A DNA stretch of 64,000 bases. It comes from Octopus sinensis. Its lineage: Eukaryota. Shown piece by piece: positions 24,474-38,585 of this stretch. The position numbers and the translations under genes were made by a program. The DNA lies in assembly GCF_006345805.1 (NCBI RefSeq), contig NC_042998.1, positions 9,114,001 through 9,178,000 on the forward strand, read 5' to 3'. The notes beneath the pieces were generated by a model that searched no databases, was not told the origin of the DNA, and saw only the letters and a program-made list of their open reading frames with translations. The stretch's first letter is position 1, and every line of letters starts with the position of its first letter.

Positions 24474-25339
24474 TTATGTATATATATATATGGAGAGGGA
24501 GGGGCTTATGTCTTCTTGTCATGACATCACTGCATACAAGCAGTGACCTTTATTTCCAATTGTCCATGAAAATATGTCTGGCCATGAGGAAATTATTGCC
24601 TTACTTGGAAACAGGTGAGTGTTGGTGAGAGGATGGGTTTCCAGTCATAGAAAATCTACTTTAGTTAATTCTATTTGACTAACACAAGCATGGAAAAGTG
24701 GATGTTAAAACAATAAATGTTGATGATTGCAATGATGCTGATGATCATGATGATGATGATGACGATGACAGCAGCGGCTGCGGTCATGTGGTATCATTTA
24801 ACAAAAGACAAACGGCTAAAGTAGGTTACATGAAAACTTATAATGCTACAACAAATACTTGCAGCTGTTTTTAAAGAGATCGTAGATAAACTTTAATTAA
24901 TTATCAATTGCAGAAAGAATGTATTTAAAACAAGCTAAGTGAAACTGAAGAAAGCTTATAAATTTCGAGTAGATATTTGCAAAGGTAAGTTTGTTGGTAA
25001 AATGAGAAATTTTGAAATACAATGTTCAAAGACAGGTAAGATTTTTGCTTACCTTCATAGTTTTAACCAATGAAATACAGCTATGATTTACATAAGAGCT
25101 TACATACATATCTGAGTAAAAAAAAATCCAATATACTGTATATGATTTAACATCCGTTTTCTAGTCTCATACAGTATTTGGTTCCTTATACTGATAATCA
25201 AATTCGTTCCAGTTATTCCTTTTGATACCAATTCACCTCAAAGCACCTCTGGTTCTATGACACAAACTTACTGTTTTAAAATGATTTACATTAAGATCTT
25301 CACTCAAAATCTTATGTTAATTTATGTTCCAAACACCAC

Positions 25340-25805
25340 CTCACTGTTGTGACCCCTTCGGTCATGAATGACCATGGGATTGCACCTAGAAAGTTACCCT
25401 CTGAGATACAAGTCTGGGCAAAGTTGTTTATGGAAGACCAGCAGTTGCCCATGCATACCGGCCTCCCCTCTCCACGCCACCGATGTTATCCAAGGGAAAG
25501 GTAAAGGGGCCGGTACAGCTTGGCACCAGTGACGTCGCAGCTCATTTATTAACGTGCAAGTGGCTGAGTACTCCACAGACACGTGTACCCTTAACGTAGT
25601 TCTTGGGGAGATTCAGCGTGAAACAGAGTGTGACAAGGCTGACCCTTTGATATACAGGTACTTGTCATTTTTGCCAGCTGAGTGGACTGGAGCAACGTGA
25701 AATAAAATGTCTTGCTCAAGGACACGGTATGTCGCCGGGAATTGAACTCACGACCTTACGATCATGAGCCGAATGCCCCTAACCACTAAGCCACGCACCC
25801 TCACC
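25340..25805 (-). mobile_element. SINE family D, longer mosaic version
   Basis: tRNA-like head and TTGAGCAAGACA core, a segment shared with the SINE C body at 9.3-9.4 kb, and the tail seen at 4.6-4.8 kb. Confidence 0.7.
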
Positions 25806-26803
25806 ACAGATACACATATTCAAAAGACTACTACATAGTTTCCACCAACCAAATTCAGTTAAAAGGTATTGGTCAGACTGATGTTAATAGTAGAAAGCAT
25901 TCGTGCAAAGTGCCATGCAAGCAGATTGAACCCAAAACCACGCAGTTGAGAAACAAACTTCTAAACAATACAACCATGTGCGCACACACGCATATGTGTG
26001 TGTGTGTGTGTGTGTGTGGTGACCATACACAAATAATTTCCTTTGAAGTAGAAAGCTTACAAACACTAGATACAAGGAATTCTTCCAGTCTGTGCATTTC
26101 ACAACATTATAATCTTAGAGTGTTCATCTCTCTTCATAACAGTCGAGACGTGTCTATGCTAAAGAATGGACTGAATAAGTGGTTTGTCTATTTTATATTC
26201 TATATTTTTGATTTTTATTTCCATTGATTTATTTTTGGTATTTTTTTCATCATTTGCATTGCTGTATTTCAGTGTTGTTATTTGTCAGTGCAATGCTAAA
26301 GATAGAATAAGGATATAAAATAATGGGAAACTATAGATGACCCGGTAGTGCTCTCAAACTTACCCACCTAAAAACATGTAGGTACACAACTATTATTGGA
26401 TCTTGCTGATGTAAGAATGTGCATATGTGAAGCACTCAGCAATTGCCAGCTGATACTAATGCATAGAAACAATTGTGGGGATTTGGATTAAAGCCTTTTA
26501 TCCCATCTTCTTGTATTATAATATTTTTGCATGAATTCTATGGATATTAACGAATTTTCACACGTATATCCAGTAAAAGGAAAATACCTGCCATATGATA
26601 GCATATGGTAGCCAACATCTGTGGAGGAGCTTTGCATTAGGTTATAGCCTGGATTATATGATATATATATATATTTTTTTTATGCACCCTTTTCAAGCCT
26701 AGCCAGGCTCATGGGCCTGGTTTCCCAGTTTCTATGGCTTATGTATCCCCCCCCCCACCAGCTGGACGGGACACCAGTCCATCTCAGATATATATATATA
26801 TAT

Positions 26804-27205
26804 AGTGGCTGTGTGTTAAGTAGCTTGTTTACTGACCACATGGTTCCGGGTTCAGTCCCACTGCGTGGCATCTTGGGCAAGTGTCTTCTGCTATAGCCCC
26901 GGGCCGACCAATGCCTTGTGAGTGGATTTGGTAGACGGAAACTGAAAGAAGCCTGTCGTATATGTGTATATATATATGTGTGTGTGTATGTGTGTGTATA
27001 TGTTTGTGTGTCTGTGTTTGTTCCCCTGGCATTGTTTGACAACCGATGCTGGTGTGTTTACGTCCCCGTTACTTAGCGGTTCGGCAAAAGAGACTGATAG
27101 AATAAGTACTGGGCTTACAAAGAATAAGTCCCGGGGTCGATTTGTTCAACTAAAGGCGGTGCTCCAGCATGGCCACAGTCAAATGACTGAAACAAGTAAA
27201 AGAAA
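26804..27205 (+). mobile_element. SINE family A
   Basis: Match to family A. Confidence 0.9.
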
Positions 27206-27451
27206 AAAAGAAATATATGTAGGCATCAAGTTAGAGGAGTTTAATACCTCTAAGGGATAATTAAATCCGAAGTCGCTCCTGGCTATTAGCCGGGTAGGTA
27301 CAGTCATTATATCCATTTTCTTCTCTTATATATATATATCACTAGCCACTACACATTAAAGACTTTTTCACTTCCCAAGGGTTATACTAATACATCTCTT
27401 TGCTTTCTACACCACCTGTCTTCGTCTTTTGTTTTTTTGTGAATTCTCCCT

Positions 27452-27490
<39 letters not shown>

Positions 27491-27989
27491 ATGTATACAT
27501 ATATATGCATAAATGAATATTCATGTGCACACACACACACACACACACATACTGAGAGAATAAGAGATTACTTCCTGCTTCACTAAGATGAAATTGAAAC
27601 AAATGGTTCTTAACCCCTCCAGAAATTCCCGTTAAATTTTGCTAATACTAACTATTTCATGCATCCATTTATTAAATGTCAATAGCCATTGGCAAATCTC
27701 AATCTCAAACAAACTCTGTGCCCTTTAAAATTCGATGCTGTAAATCAAATGAATAACATTCCATTCCTTATAACTCAAACAGTTCCTTTCTTCCATTACC
27801 AAGAGAGAGAACCTAACTTTCAGGTACCACAGAGAAAAAAGAAAGCAACTTAAGTTGTTTACAACACCAGAGTAGTAGAATTTAGAAAGCAATTACTGTG
27901 ATTCACTCTTACTGACCAAAGTTTTTTTTTTTCCTACCAATGCTATTTTAGCTAACGTTAATGTATATAATATTATATAAAAAATAAAG

Positions 27990-28355
27990 AAATAAGAAAG
28001 AAATGATTATATAAAGAATAAAGAAATAATATATATACATTATATATATATATATACATATTATATTACATATATACATATATATATACATATATAATAT
28101 ACATATATATACATATATATATACATATATATATTATATTATATTATATATATATATATACATATATATTACTATATATATATCTACATCTCTATATATA
28201 TAATATATATATATAGTATACATATATATATATATCAATATCATATATATTACATTATATATATACTATATATACATTATATACATATATTATATATATA
28301 CATACATATTTATATATATACATACATATTTATATACATATATACATACATATTT

Positions 28356-28443
<88 letters not shown>

Positions 28444-28455
28444 TACATATATATA
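27990..28455. repeat. Degenerate (TA)n/(TACA)n microsatellite block
   Basis: About 460 bp nearly all A/T dinucleotide repeat. Confidence 0.95.
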
Positions 28456-28818
28456 TAGTTCCATTGTCAGTCTAGCTAACATGGCATTATATAATTATGG
28501 CACCATGACATATGCAGCTGAAGTAATATTCACTTTTTACCTACTCTTGACACAAAAATAAAAAGAAGTTTTATGTAACAATACTTATGTAGTCATATTC
28601 AGCACAAAACCCTGGAAGCAATGAATAAACATTTTTTTTTTCTTTTATTCCAGCAAAAAAAAAATTTTCTTAAAGTTCAACATATTACCAACATCCAAAT
28701 GAAATTACGATGATGACATATTTTCTTCTCTTGTCTGCTGGTCAGGTCATATGGTGTCTGCACTTTCTATTTGGTTCAATTTCTTCCTTTTCTATTTTTT
28801 TTTTTTCTTTTTCTCTCA

Positions 28819-29307
28819 AGTGGCTGTGTGGTAAGTAGCTTGTTTACCAACCACATGGTTCCAGGTTCAGTCCCACCTGCGTGGCACCTTGGGCAAGTGT
28901 CTTCTGCTATAGACTCGGGCCGACCAAAGCCTTGTGAGTGGATTTGGTAGACAGAAACTGAAAGAAGCCCATCGTATAGGCGCAGGAGTGGCTGTGTGGT
29001 AAGTAGCTTGCTTACCAACCACATGGTTCCAGGTTCAGTCCCACCTGCGTGGCACCTTGGGCAAGTGTCTTCTGCGATGACTCGGGGCCGACCAAGCCTG
29101 GTGAGTGGATTTGGTAGACAGAAACTGAAAGAAGCCCATCGTATAGGCGCAGGAGTGGCTGTGTGGTAAGTAGCTTGCTAACCAACCATATGGTTCCGGG
29201 TTCAGTCCCACTGCGTGGCACCTTGGGCAAGTGTCTTCTGCTATAGCCTCGGGCCGACCAAAGCCTTGTGAGTGGATTTGGTAGACGGAAACTGAAAGAA
29301 GCCTGTC

Positions 29308-29340
<33 letters not shown>

Positions 29341-29572
29341 TGTGTGTGTATGTGTTTGTGTGTCTGTGTTTGTCCCCCTAGTATTGCTTGACAACCGATG
29401 CTGGTGTGTTTATGTCCCCGTTACTTAGCAGTTCGGCAAAAGAGACCAATAGAATAAGTACTGGGCTTACAAAAAAAACGAATAAGTCCCAGGGTCAAGT
29501 TGCTCGATTAAAGGCGGTGCTCCAGCATGGCCACAGTCAAATGACTGAAACAAGTAAAAGAGTAAAAGAGTA
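28819..29572 (+). mobile_element. SINE family A with triplicated 5' module
   Basis: Head modules start at about 28819, 28978 and 29145; only the third continues to the tail. Confidence 0.9.
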
Positions 29573-29722
29573 AACATAGTGGAATTACCTTTTTACCGTT
29601 TACTTGGTTCAAATCATAGAACTGCAGCCCTCCTGGGGCATCGTCTTGAAAGGTTTAGTCAAACAAATTGCATCCCCTAATCCCGCCCACCCAACTACTT
29701 ATTTTCTGAGTCTGAATTTATT

Positions 29723-30134
29723 CTTTACTCTTACTTGTTTCAGTCATTTGACTGTGGCCATGCTGGAGCACCGTCTTTAGTCGAGCAAATCGATCTCAGG
29801 ACTTATTCTTTGTAAGCCTAGTACTTATTCTATCAGTCCCTTTTGCCAAACCACTAAGTTACGGGGATGTAAACACACCAGCATTGGTTGTCAAGCGATG
29901 TTGGGGGGACAAACACAGACACACAAATGTATACACACATACACACACACACACACATATACATATATATACGACAGGCTTCTTTCAGTTTTCGTCTACC
30001 AGATCCACTCACAAGACTTTGGTCAGCCCGAGTCTATAGTAGAAGACACTTGCCCAAGGTGCCACACAGTGGGACTGAACCCAGAACCATGTGGTTGGTA
30101 AGCAAGCTATTTACCACACAGCCACTCCTACGCC
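29723..30134 (-). mobile_element. SINE family A
   Basis: Full match to family A. Confidence 0.9.
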
Positions 30135-30580
30135 TATTCTATCAGTCTTTTTTGTCAAATCATTCATTTACATGAAAATGTAAACAAACCAACCCTAGTC
30201 ATCAAGCAGTGGACAAAAGATAAACATAGTTACAAAGATAGACACGTAGACACAACAGGTTTCCATTCAGTTTTCATCTACCAATTCACTCACAAAGCCT
30301 AGGTTAGTCTGGGACTAAAATAGGTGCCTAACATGCTGCGCAAAGGGAATGAACCCAAAACCACATGGTTGCAAAGTAAGTTTCTTAACCACTGGGCCAT
30401 ATTTACACTTACTGCTGAGACGAGGACATTATCCAATAATTTTTTTTCTTTCTTTTTTAAGACAATATGACGTGCATGTGTGATTTGAGGGAGCTTTGGT
30501 TGCTATTTCAAGCAGGTTAAGCAACCATGTAAAGACTTGGAACTGATAGGATTGACACAAATAATAAATCTCTACACTAA

Positions 30581-30995
30581 AGGCGCAGGAGTAGCTGTGT
30601 GGTAAGTAGCTTGCTTACCAACCACATGGTTGCGGGTTCAGTCCCACTGCGTGGCACCTTGGGCAAGTGTCTTCTAATATAGCCTCCGGCCAACCAAAGC
30701 CTTGTGAGTGGATTTGGTAGACGGAAACTGAAAGAAGCCTGTCGTATATATGTATGTATATATATGTGTGTGTGTGTGTGCATGTGTGTTTGTGTGTCTG
30801 TGTTTGTCCCCCTAGCATTGCTTGACAACCGATGCTGGTGTGTTTATGTCCCCGTCACCTAGCTGTTCGGCAAAAGAGACCGATAGAATAAGTACTGGGC
30901 TTACAAAGAATAAGTCCCGGGGTCAAGTGTTGCTTGACTAAAGGCGGTGCTCCAGCATGGTCGCAGTCAAGTGACTGAAACAAGTAAAAGAGTAA
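30581..30995 (+). mobile_element. SINE family A
   Basis: Full match to family A. Confidence 0.9.
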
Positions 30996-31824
30996 ATAAC
31001 TTACTGTATGTTACGGAGGCTCTACATGTCACTGGACTTGCTAGAAATAACAGCCATTTCTCCTCTTTTTAATATCACATTTTACTATCTTAGATAAATA
31101 AAAATACAATGGGCAATCTTGTCACTGATATACAAAAAGAGAGAATGGTCGCAACTAGAGTGCTCTTTACCCTAATTCTGCTCAAACAGGCTGACCTGGG
31201 GCTAAGAAACAACACAGCAACTGATACTGTTTAGTTTCATCCCCTCTCATTCTGATTTTATCAGGGCTGCTTTTGTTCTTCTTCTTTCCAGGAGTCATGT
31301 GGTATGTCATCTCTCTCTCTAGCAGCAACTGATTTTTATTTCTTACCAATAGCTTCTCTCTCTCTCTCTCTCCTCTCTCCCCTGTTGCCTCTGTGTGTGC
31401 ATCTTTAACTATCTACTTATCTTTTTTCGTAGTACTGCTTTTTCTTTATTTTTCATTCCCTATTCTATAAAATCTCTCTCTTCTCTCCTCTCTCCTCTCT
31501 CCTCTCTCAATCTCTCTCTCTCTCTCTCTCCTCTCTCCTCTCTCCTCTCTCTCTCTTTCTCTCTCTCTCCCCCCCCTCTCCTACTACATTTCTCCTACCC
31601 ACTGCACTATTTATTCAGAAATTGTAAAGGTGGAAGAGCATACTCTTCTACTTTTACAATTTCTGAATACATGCACCCCCACACACCTAACCCACGCACC
31701 CCCACACACACACCTCACTTATACACATCTTATTGCATAATATCGCTGCTGCTGAAGATGAAGAGGTTTCAGATAAAAAAAATCAATACACACACACACA
31801 GATATATATACATAAATATGAATG

Positions 31825-31920
31825 AATGTATGTATGTATGTATGTATGTATGCATGTATGTATGTATGTATGCATGTATGCATGTATGTATGTATGTATG
31901 TATGTATCTATCTATCTGTA

Positions 31921-31954
<34 letters not shown>

Positions 31955-32052
31955 CCTACCTACCTACCTACCTACCTATCTACCTATCTATCTACCTATC
32001 TATCTATGTATCTATCTATCTATGTATCTATGTATGTATGTATGTATGTATG

Positions 32053-32086
<34 letters not shown>

Positions 32087-32100
32087 ACTATCTATCAATC
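31825..32100. repeat. Compound tetranucleotide microsatellite (ATGT/ATCT/ACCT)
   Basis: Direct inspection. Confidence 0.95.
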
Positions 32101-33878
32101 AATGTATACCAAATAACATATTTGATTTGTGCAAAGGGTTAGCAGGTGTTAAAGATTCGAGTGCTTTCTGCTCTTGAAGAAGAAAGCCAGCAGCTACAAT
32201 GCACTTTTGGCTAGGAGAAGACTGCAGTTCAATTTGAAAGGTTACTGGAGGGTGTTAGGTCTAGAATTTGCAGGAAATGTGATGGGTATTGGAAAAAATT
32301 TACATTTAAAACATTCTTCTAATATGCAGGAAGGACATGTTATTATAAAGTCAGCATTTATAAGCTTTGCTGCCTATCGGCCATAAAAGTTGTCGAGTAG
32401 TATGTAACAAAATGTTAATAGCTGAAACCTCGAGGGGAAATTTTAATCATTTATTTTAGTTTTAGCTCTTTTTTTCTATTATTATATTGTATTCTATGCA
32501 ATGGAATATTTGGCAATGACAAGTGCATTTGGCAATAAAAAGAAAACTCAATTCTATTTTAAAATATCCTTATAAAGAAAAAAAATAAGAGAAAAACACA
32601 AATAAATACCAAGGAAATTTGAATAGACTATTTACTTTAGTTTGTATTTTGCCCATCTGGAACAATGCCAAGTTGGACAGAGTAAACAAGTCTCACCAAC
32701 AGATTAAAGAGAATTGTTGTTTCAATTGTGTTCGGTATTAATTTGACTTTTAGCATTAAGTATTTTTACCTTTGTCTTTATGCAACAAATTGTTAAATTT
32801 CTATAATTTAAGCCAAACACTGCCAGCCAACCACATCTTAGTTGCAAACAGAAACCTGCTAGGAATGGTTAGAATAAGCCAATGAGAAATAGAGATTAAA
32901 TCATTTGTTTAAATACATGTTTATTGCTTAAAACTAAAAAGTAGTGATATCATATATCTGCAATAAATGCTATCAGCTGGCAGATACGACTGAGAGAGTG
33001 AAGGTTTCAAGTTCAGTCCCACTGCTAGTGCCTTCTGCTACAGCTCTGGGCCAACCAAAGGCTTGTGAAATGGATTTGGTAGACAAAAACTAAAAGAAGC
33101 CTTTCGTGTGTGTTTGTGTGTGTGTGTTGTGTGTGTGTGTGCGTGTATGTGTGTGTGAGCGTGTGTGGATGTGTGCGGGGGGTGTCTTTGTGTCTGTGTT
33201 TGTTCCCCACCACCGCTTGAAAACTGGTGTTGGTTTGATTACACTACCATAAAGGACACCACTTGCATAACAGTGACACTCATTTACAGCTGTCAAACGA
33301 TGTCAAGGCAAGAAGAGAGTACCACACACACACACGTACACACACACACACAAGACAAACATATTTCAGTTTCTGTCAACCAAATCCACTCGCAAGGCAT
33401 TGGTCAGCCCAAAGCTGTATGTAATAGAAGACACCTGTCCAAGGTGCCATGTAGCAGGACTGAAATCAGAACCATGTGGCTGGAAAGCAACTTTCTTTTC
33501 CACAAGGTCACAGTTGCACCTATACATTGCGGTAATTAAACTTTGAAAGCAATGATTGAAAGCAAGCGTAATATTCATTTTGTATAATTATCCATTAGGT
33601 TTATATTTTTATAATTTAAAAAGTAAATATCACAAAAGCAGGGTATCGTTATGAGGGAGATCATTCAGGGAGGTATTGCTGTAGTCATTTCAGAAAATAA
33701 AGGGGTTAATTTTCACTTGATTCTCATTATATTTTTACTATTTATCCTTGTTCCTTTATGACTGGATGTATTTACTACGCAAGAACACATTTACACAGAA
33801 GTGGAATTAGAGGGAAGAGGGGGGGTAGAAGAGGGGAGAAAAACGTAAAAGAGATAAATACACAACTACACACACACT

Positions 33879-33879
<1 letters not shown>

Positions 33880-33926
<47 letters not shown>

Positions 33927-34050
33927 GTATATATATATTCTATGTATATATTATATATATATATATATATATCTATATATCTATATATATATATATATAA
34001 TGTAGATATTAATATATATATATATATAAAAACATACATATATATATCTA

Positions 34051-34090
<40 letters not shown>

Positions 34091-34104
34091 CTATATAACC
34101 ATAC

Positions 34105-34176
<72 letters not shown>

Positions 34177-34187
34177 CTATAATATAT

Positions 34188-34266
<79 letters not shown>

Positions 34267-34699
34267 TGAAAACTGTTTTCTGTGTTTCTATATATGCAAC
34301 ATTATATAATTATGTGACTGATATTGGCCCAACAATATTGCTTTTTTACAGTAATGTTTTATTAATCTGACTATTCATAATATTTATGTTCTGCTTCACT
34401 TGGTTCTAACAGAACACCTACAGTTACAAAGTTATCAGCCACAGCGCCTGTTGGCAGAGCAATTCTGGTTTCATTCACATCTTACATAGAATTATTAGAT
34501 TTTGGTTTTATGCCCATATTACAATTTACCCCTGTTGTCGTAACTATAAACTAGGTATGTAATGAATGTATATGTATTGCATACCTGTATATATGTAAAC
34601 ATGTATATCTGAATATATATATATATATATAATATATATATATATATATAATATATATATTATATATATAGATATATGATATTAATATATACTATATAT

Positions 34700-34774
<75 letters not shown>

Positions 34775-35437
34775 TATATGTTATAATATATATATATATC
34801 TATAATATGTATATCTATATATATATGTATAATAATAATATTATGTATATATATATAGCTATATGTATATATAATATATATATAGTATGTATATATATAT
34901 ATATATATCTATATTATTTATTATATATCTATATATTATAGTATATATATATATATATATATGTATTATATATATATATATATAGGTATAATATATATAT
35001 ATAATATATTTATATATATTATTATATATATTATATGTATATACTTATACTATATATTGTATATATATATATAAATATATATGTATATATATATTATTAT
35101 AACATGTATATAATATATATCTAATACATAAATATATATCTATATATATACATAATATATATATTATATACATAAATCTATATATAATACATCAATATAT
35201 ATATATATACATAATATGATATATATATACCAAATATATATATATATACCTAATATTATATATATACATAAATATATCTATATATATATATAATATATAT
35301 ATATATACTATTATATAGACACATAAATATATATATAATATATATTATATATATATATATACCATAAATCTATCTATATATATATATACACATATATATA
35401 TCTATATATATCTATATACACATAAATATATATATAG

Positions 35438-35470
<33 letters not shown>

Positions 35471-35488
35471 AATATATATCTATATATA
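33880..35488. repeat. Two large degenerate (TA)n blocks (33880-34265, 34590-35488)
   Basis: Direct inspection. Confidence 0.95.
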
Positions 35489-37436
35489 GCCAAAAGGGAA
35501 GCTAGGAGACAGGTTTATATAGCCAGAGGGGAGCGTAAGAAAAATTTGCCAATGTTCTGAGCCGTGAGGATGAAAGACTTGAGGTATTTCGTGTTGCAAG
35601 ACAGTGTGTGAGAGAGAATCGTGATGTGGTAGGAGAGAGTGTGTTCGCATGGATGATGGTTCACTTGCGCTAAATGAGGATGCAAAGAGAGAGGTTTGGA
35701 GATGCCACTATGAAAGTTTGCTGAATCAAGAAAATGAATGGGATAAAGAGAGTCTGCCAAATGTTGACCCACAGAGGGACCAGCTATCCGAGTTGATAGT
35801 TCCGTAGTAGCTAAGGCAGTTAGGAGCATGAAGACAGGGAAAGCCCCAGGCCCATCAGGAATTACTGCAGAGATGCTCAAAATATCTGGCAGTGTCGGCT
35901 ATAACCTAGTCACCCGTATAGTCAACCAGGTGATACACGAAGGAGTCATACCAATGACTGGTGTAGCAGCATACTAGTCAACTGCTACAAAGGTAAGGTG
36001 ATGCCCTGGATACAATAATTACAGAGGTATCAAGCTGTTGGATCAGGTAATGAAGGTTACGGAGAGGGTCTTAGCCCAACTAATTAGAGAGAGAGTTAGT
36101 TTAGATGAGATGCAGTTTGGGTTTGTCCCAGGGAAAAGCACCACTGATGCTATATTCCTGGTAGGCAGCTGCAGGAGAAATACCTAGCCAAGGATAAGCC
36201 CCTGTACCTGGCTTTTGTTGACATGGAGAAAGCCTTTGATAGGGTCCCCCGATCCCTCATCTGGTGGTCAATGAGGAAACTAGGGATAGATGAATGGCTG
36301 GTGAGGGCTGTGCAAGCCATGTACAGAGATGCCGTAAGTAAGGTTAGAGTTGGCAACATGTACACAGAAGAATTCAAAGTAGAGGTTGGGGTCCACCAGG
36401 GTTCAGTACTCAGCCCCCTCCTATTTATCATAGTCCTCCAGGCAATAACGGAGGAATTCAAGACCGGTTGCCCCTGGGAGCTCCTCTATGCTGACGACCT
36501 CGCTCTAATCGCTGAGTCACTATCAGAACTGGAGGAGAAGTTCCAGGTGTGGAAGGAGGGTTTAGAATCGAGGGCCTTAGAGTCAACCTAGCTAAAACCA
36601 AAGTACTAATAAGTAGAAAGGTAGAAAACCCACAATATCATCAGGAAGATGGCCCTGTTCGATCTGTAGAAAAGGTGTAGGTAGAAACTCTATAAGATGT
36701 ACCCAGTGTAAGCTATGGACACATAAGAGGTGCAGCAATGTCAAAGGTAGGCTAACTGGGAAGATAGTTTTTGTATGTGGCAGGTGCTCTGGAGCACTGA
36801 CCTCCGAAAATCTGCAGAAAACAACTTCTGTCACTTTCCGGGGGAAAAACTAGAAGTAGTTGATAGTTTCCGCTATCTAGGTGACCAATCAGTAGTGGGG
36901 TGGGTGCGCTGAAGTGTAACTGCTAGAATAAGAATAGCCTGGGCAAAGTTTAGGGAGCTCTTACCTCTGCTGGTGACTAAAGGCCTCTCGCTCAGAGTAA
37001 AAGGCAGACTGTATGATGCATGTGTACGAACAGCTATGCTACATGGCAGTGAAACATGGGCCGTGACTGCTGAGGACATGCGTAAGCTCGTGAGGAACGA
37101 AGCCAGTATGCTCCGATGGATGTGTGTAATGTCAGTGTACTTACTCGACAGAGCGTTAGTACCTTGAGAGAAATGTTGTACCTAAGAAGCATCAGTTGTT
37201 GTGTGCAAGAGAGACGATTGCGCTGGTATGGTCATGTGGCGAGAATGGATGAAGAGAGGTGTGTGAGAAAGTGCCAATCCCTAGCAGTTGAGGGAACCCG
37301 TGGAAGAGGTAGACCCAGGAAAACCTGGGACGAGGTGGTGAAGCACGACCTTCGGACGTTAGGTCTCACCATGGAAATGACTAGAGACCGAGACCTATGG
37401 AAGTATGCTGTGCGTGAGAAGACCCGGCAAGACTAG
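35489..37436 (+). pseudogene. Disrupted RT-encoding ORF with internal PHD-type zinc finger (36650-36787)
   Basis: Several frameshifts split it into ORF pieces (36223-36591, 36973-37167, 37116-37436). Confidence 0.9.
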
Positions 37437-38122
37437 TGAAGCCATAATCCGTGGCCCCTACCTGGGACGTAGTCACAGCTGTGCATACCTTCCTTCTTGT
37501 GACACTTGTGAAGACCTGTTGAGGCAAGTGAGAATCGAATCGAATCGTATCAAATCAAATCGAACCAAATCAAAATAGATGAACATCAATGGAATTTGTA
37601 TCCTTGTGGTACCAGTGCCGGTGGCACATAAGAAAACCATCCGAACGTGACCGTAGCCAGTACCGCAATGACTGGCCTCCGTGCTGAGGGCACGTAACAA
37701 ACACCATCCGAGCGTGGCCGTCCGCCAGCCTCGTCTAGCACCTGTGTCGGTGACACATAAGAAAACACCATCCGAGCGTGGCCGTCTGCCAGCCTCGTCT
37801 GGCACCTGTGTCGGTGGCACATAAAAAACACCATCCGAGCGTGGCCGTCTGCCAGCCTCGTCTGGCACCTGTGTCGGTGGCACATAAAAAAAACACCATC
37901 CGAGCGTGGCCGTCTGCCAGCCTCGTCTGGCACCTGTGTCGGTGGCACATAAAATCACCACTACACTCTCGGAGTGGTTGGCGTTAGGAAGGGCATCCAG
38001 CTGTAGAAACACTGCCACATCTGACTGGCCTGGTGCAGCCTTCGGGCTTCCCAGACCCCAGTTGAACCGTCCAACCCATGCTAGCATGGAAAGCGGACGT
38101 TAAACGATGATGATGATGATGA

Positions 38123-38126
<4 letters not shown>
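35489..38126 (+). mobile_element. 5'-truncated RTE-clade non-LTR retrotransposon, frameshifted, inserted in (TA)n
   Basis: RT motifs KTGKAPGPSG, NYRGIKLL, QFGFVPGKST, FVDMEKAFDRVP, GVHQGSVLSPLLF, LLYADDLAL; C-terminus LRWYGHVARM..GRGRPRKTWDEVVKHDL..KTRQD* (stop 37436); 3' UTR with arrays and (GAT)n tail. Confidence 0.95.
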
Positions 38127-38157
<31 letters not shown>

Positions 38158-38585
38158 GCATGCCTGTGTATGCATATGTATGTATGAATGCACATATGTA
38201 TACATGTATTGCTGTGTGTATATAAGTATACACACATGTATTCTGATACATATATTATAAAAGAAAGTATGTATACACAACATACACATGTATGTTTATA
38301 TGTATGAATGAACATATATATCGCTTAACATCTGCCTTTCACCTGCATGCGTGTATGTAAACAAAGTACATGAGTGTTTACGTTTATTTGCATGTATACT
38401 TATATATCTGGGTATTATTGCGTGTATAAATGTACGTACGCATGAGTTGATATCTGTACACACAGATGTAAATTTTCCAGAGTGATTTGTTCTCATTTCT
38501 TTTCCAATTTATCCCTACAAAATCTGTAAGACATCTTCTCTGGAACCGGATAATAGAATGAGCAGAGTCTCATACTTATTCAGTA

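Noticed and set aside
31395-35500. ORFs rich in Y/I/M/C/V
   Set aside because: Translations of microsatellites.
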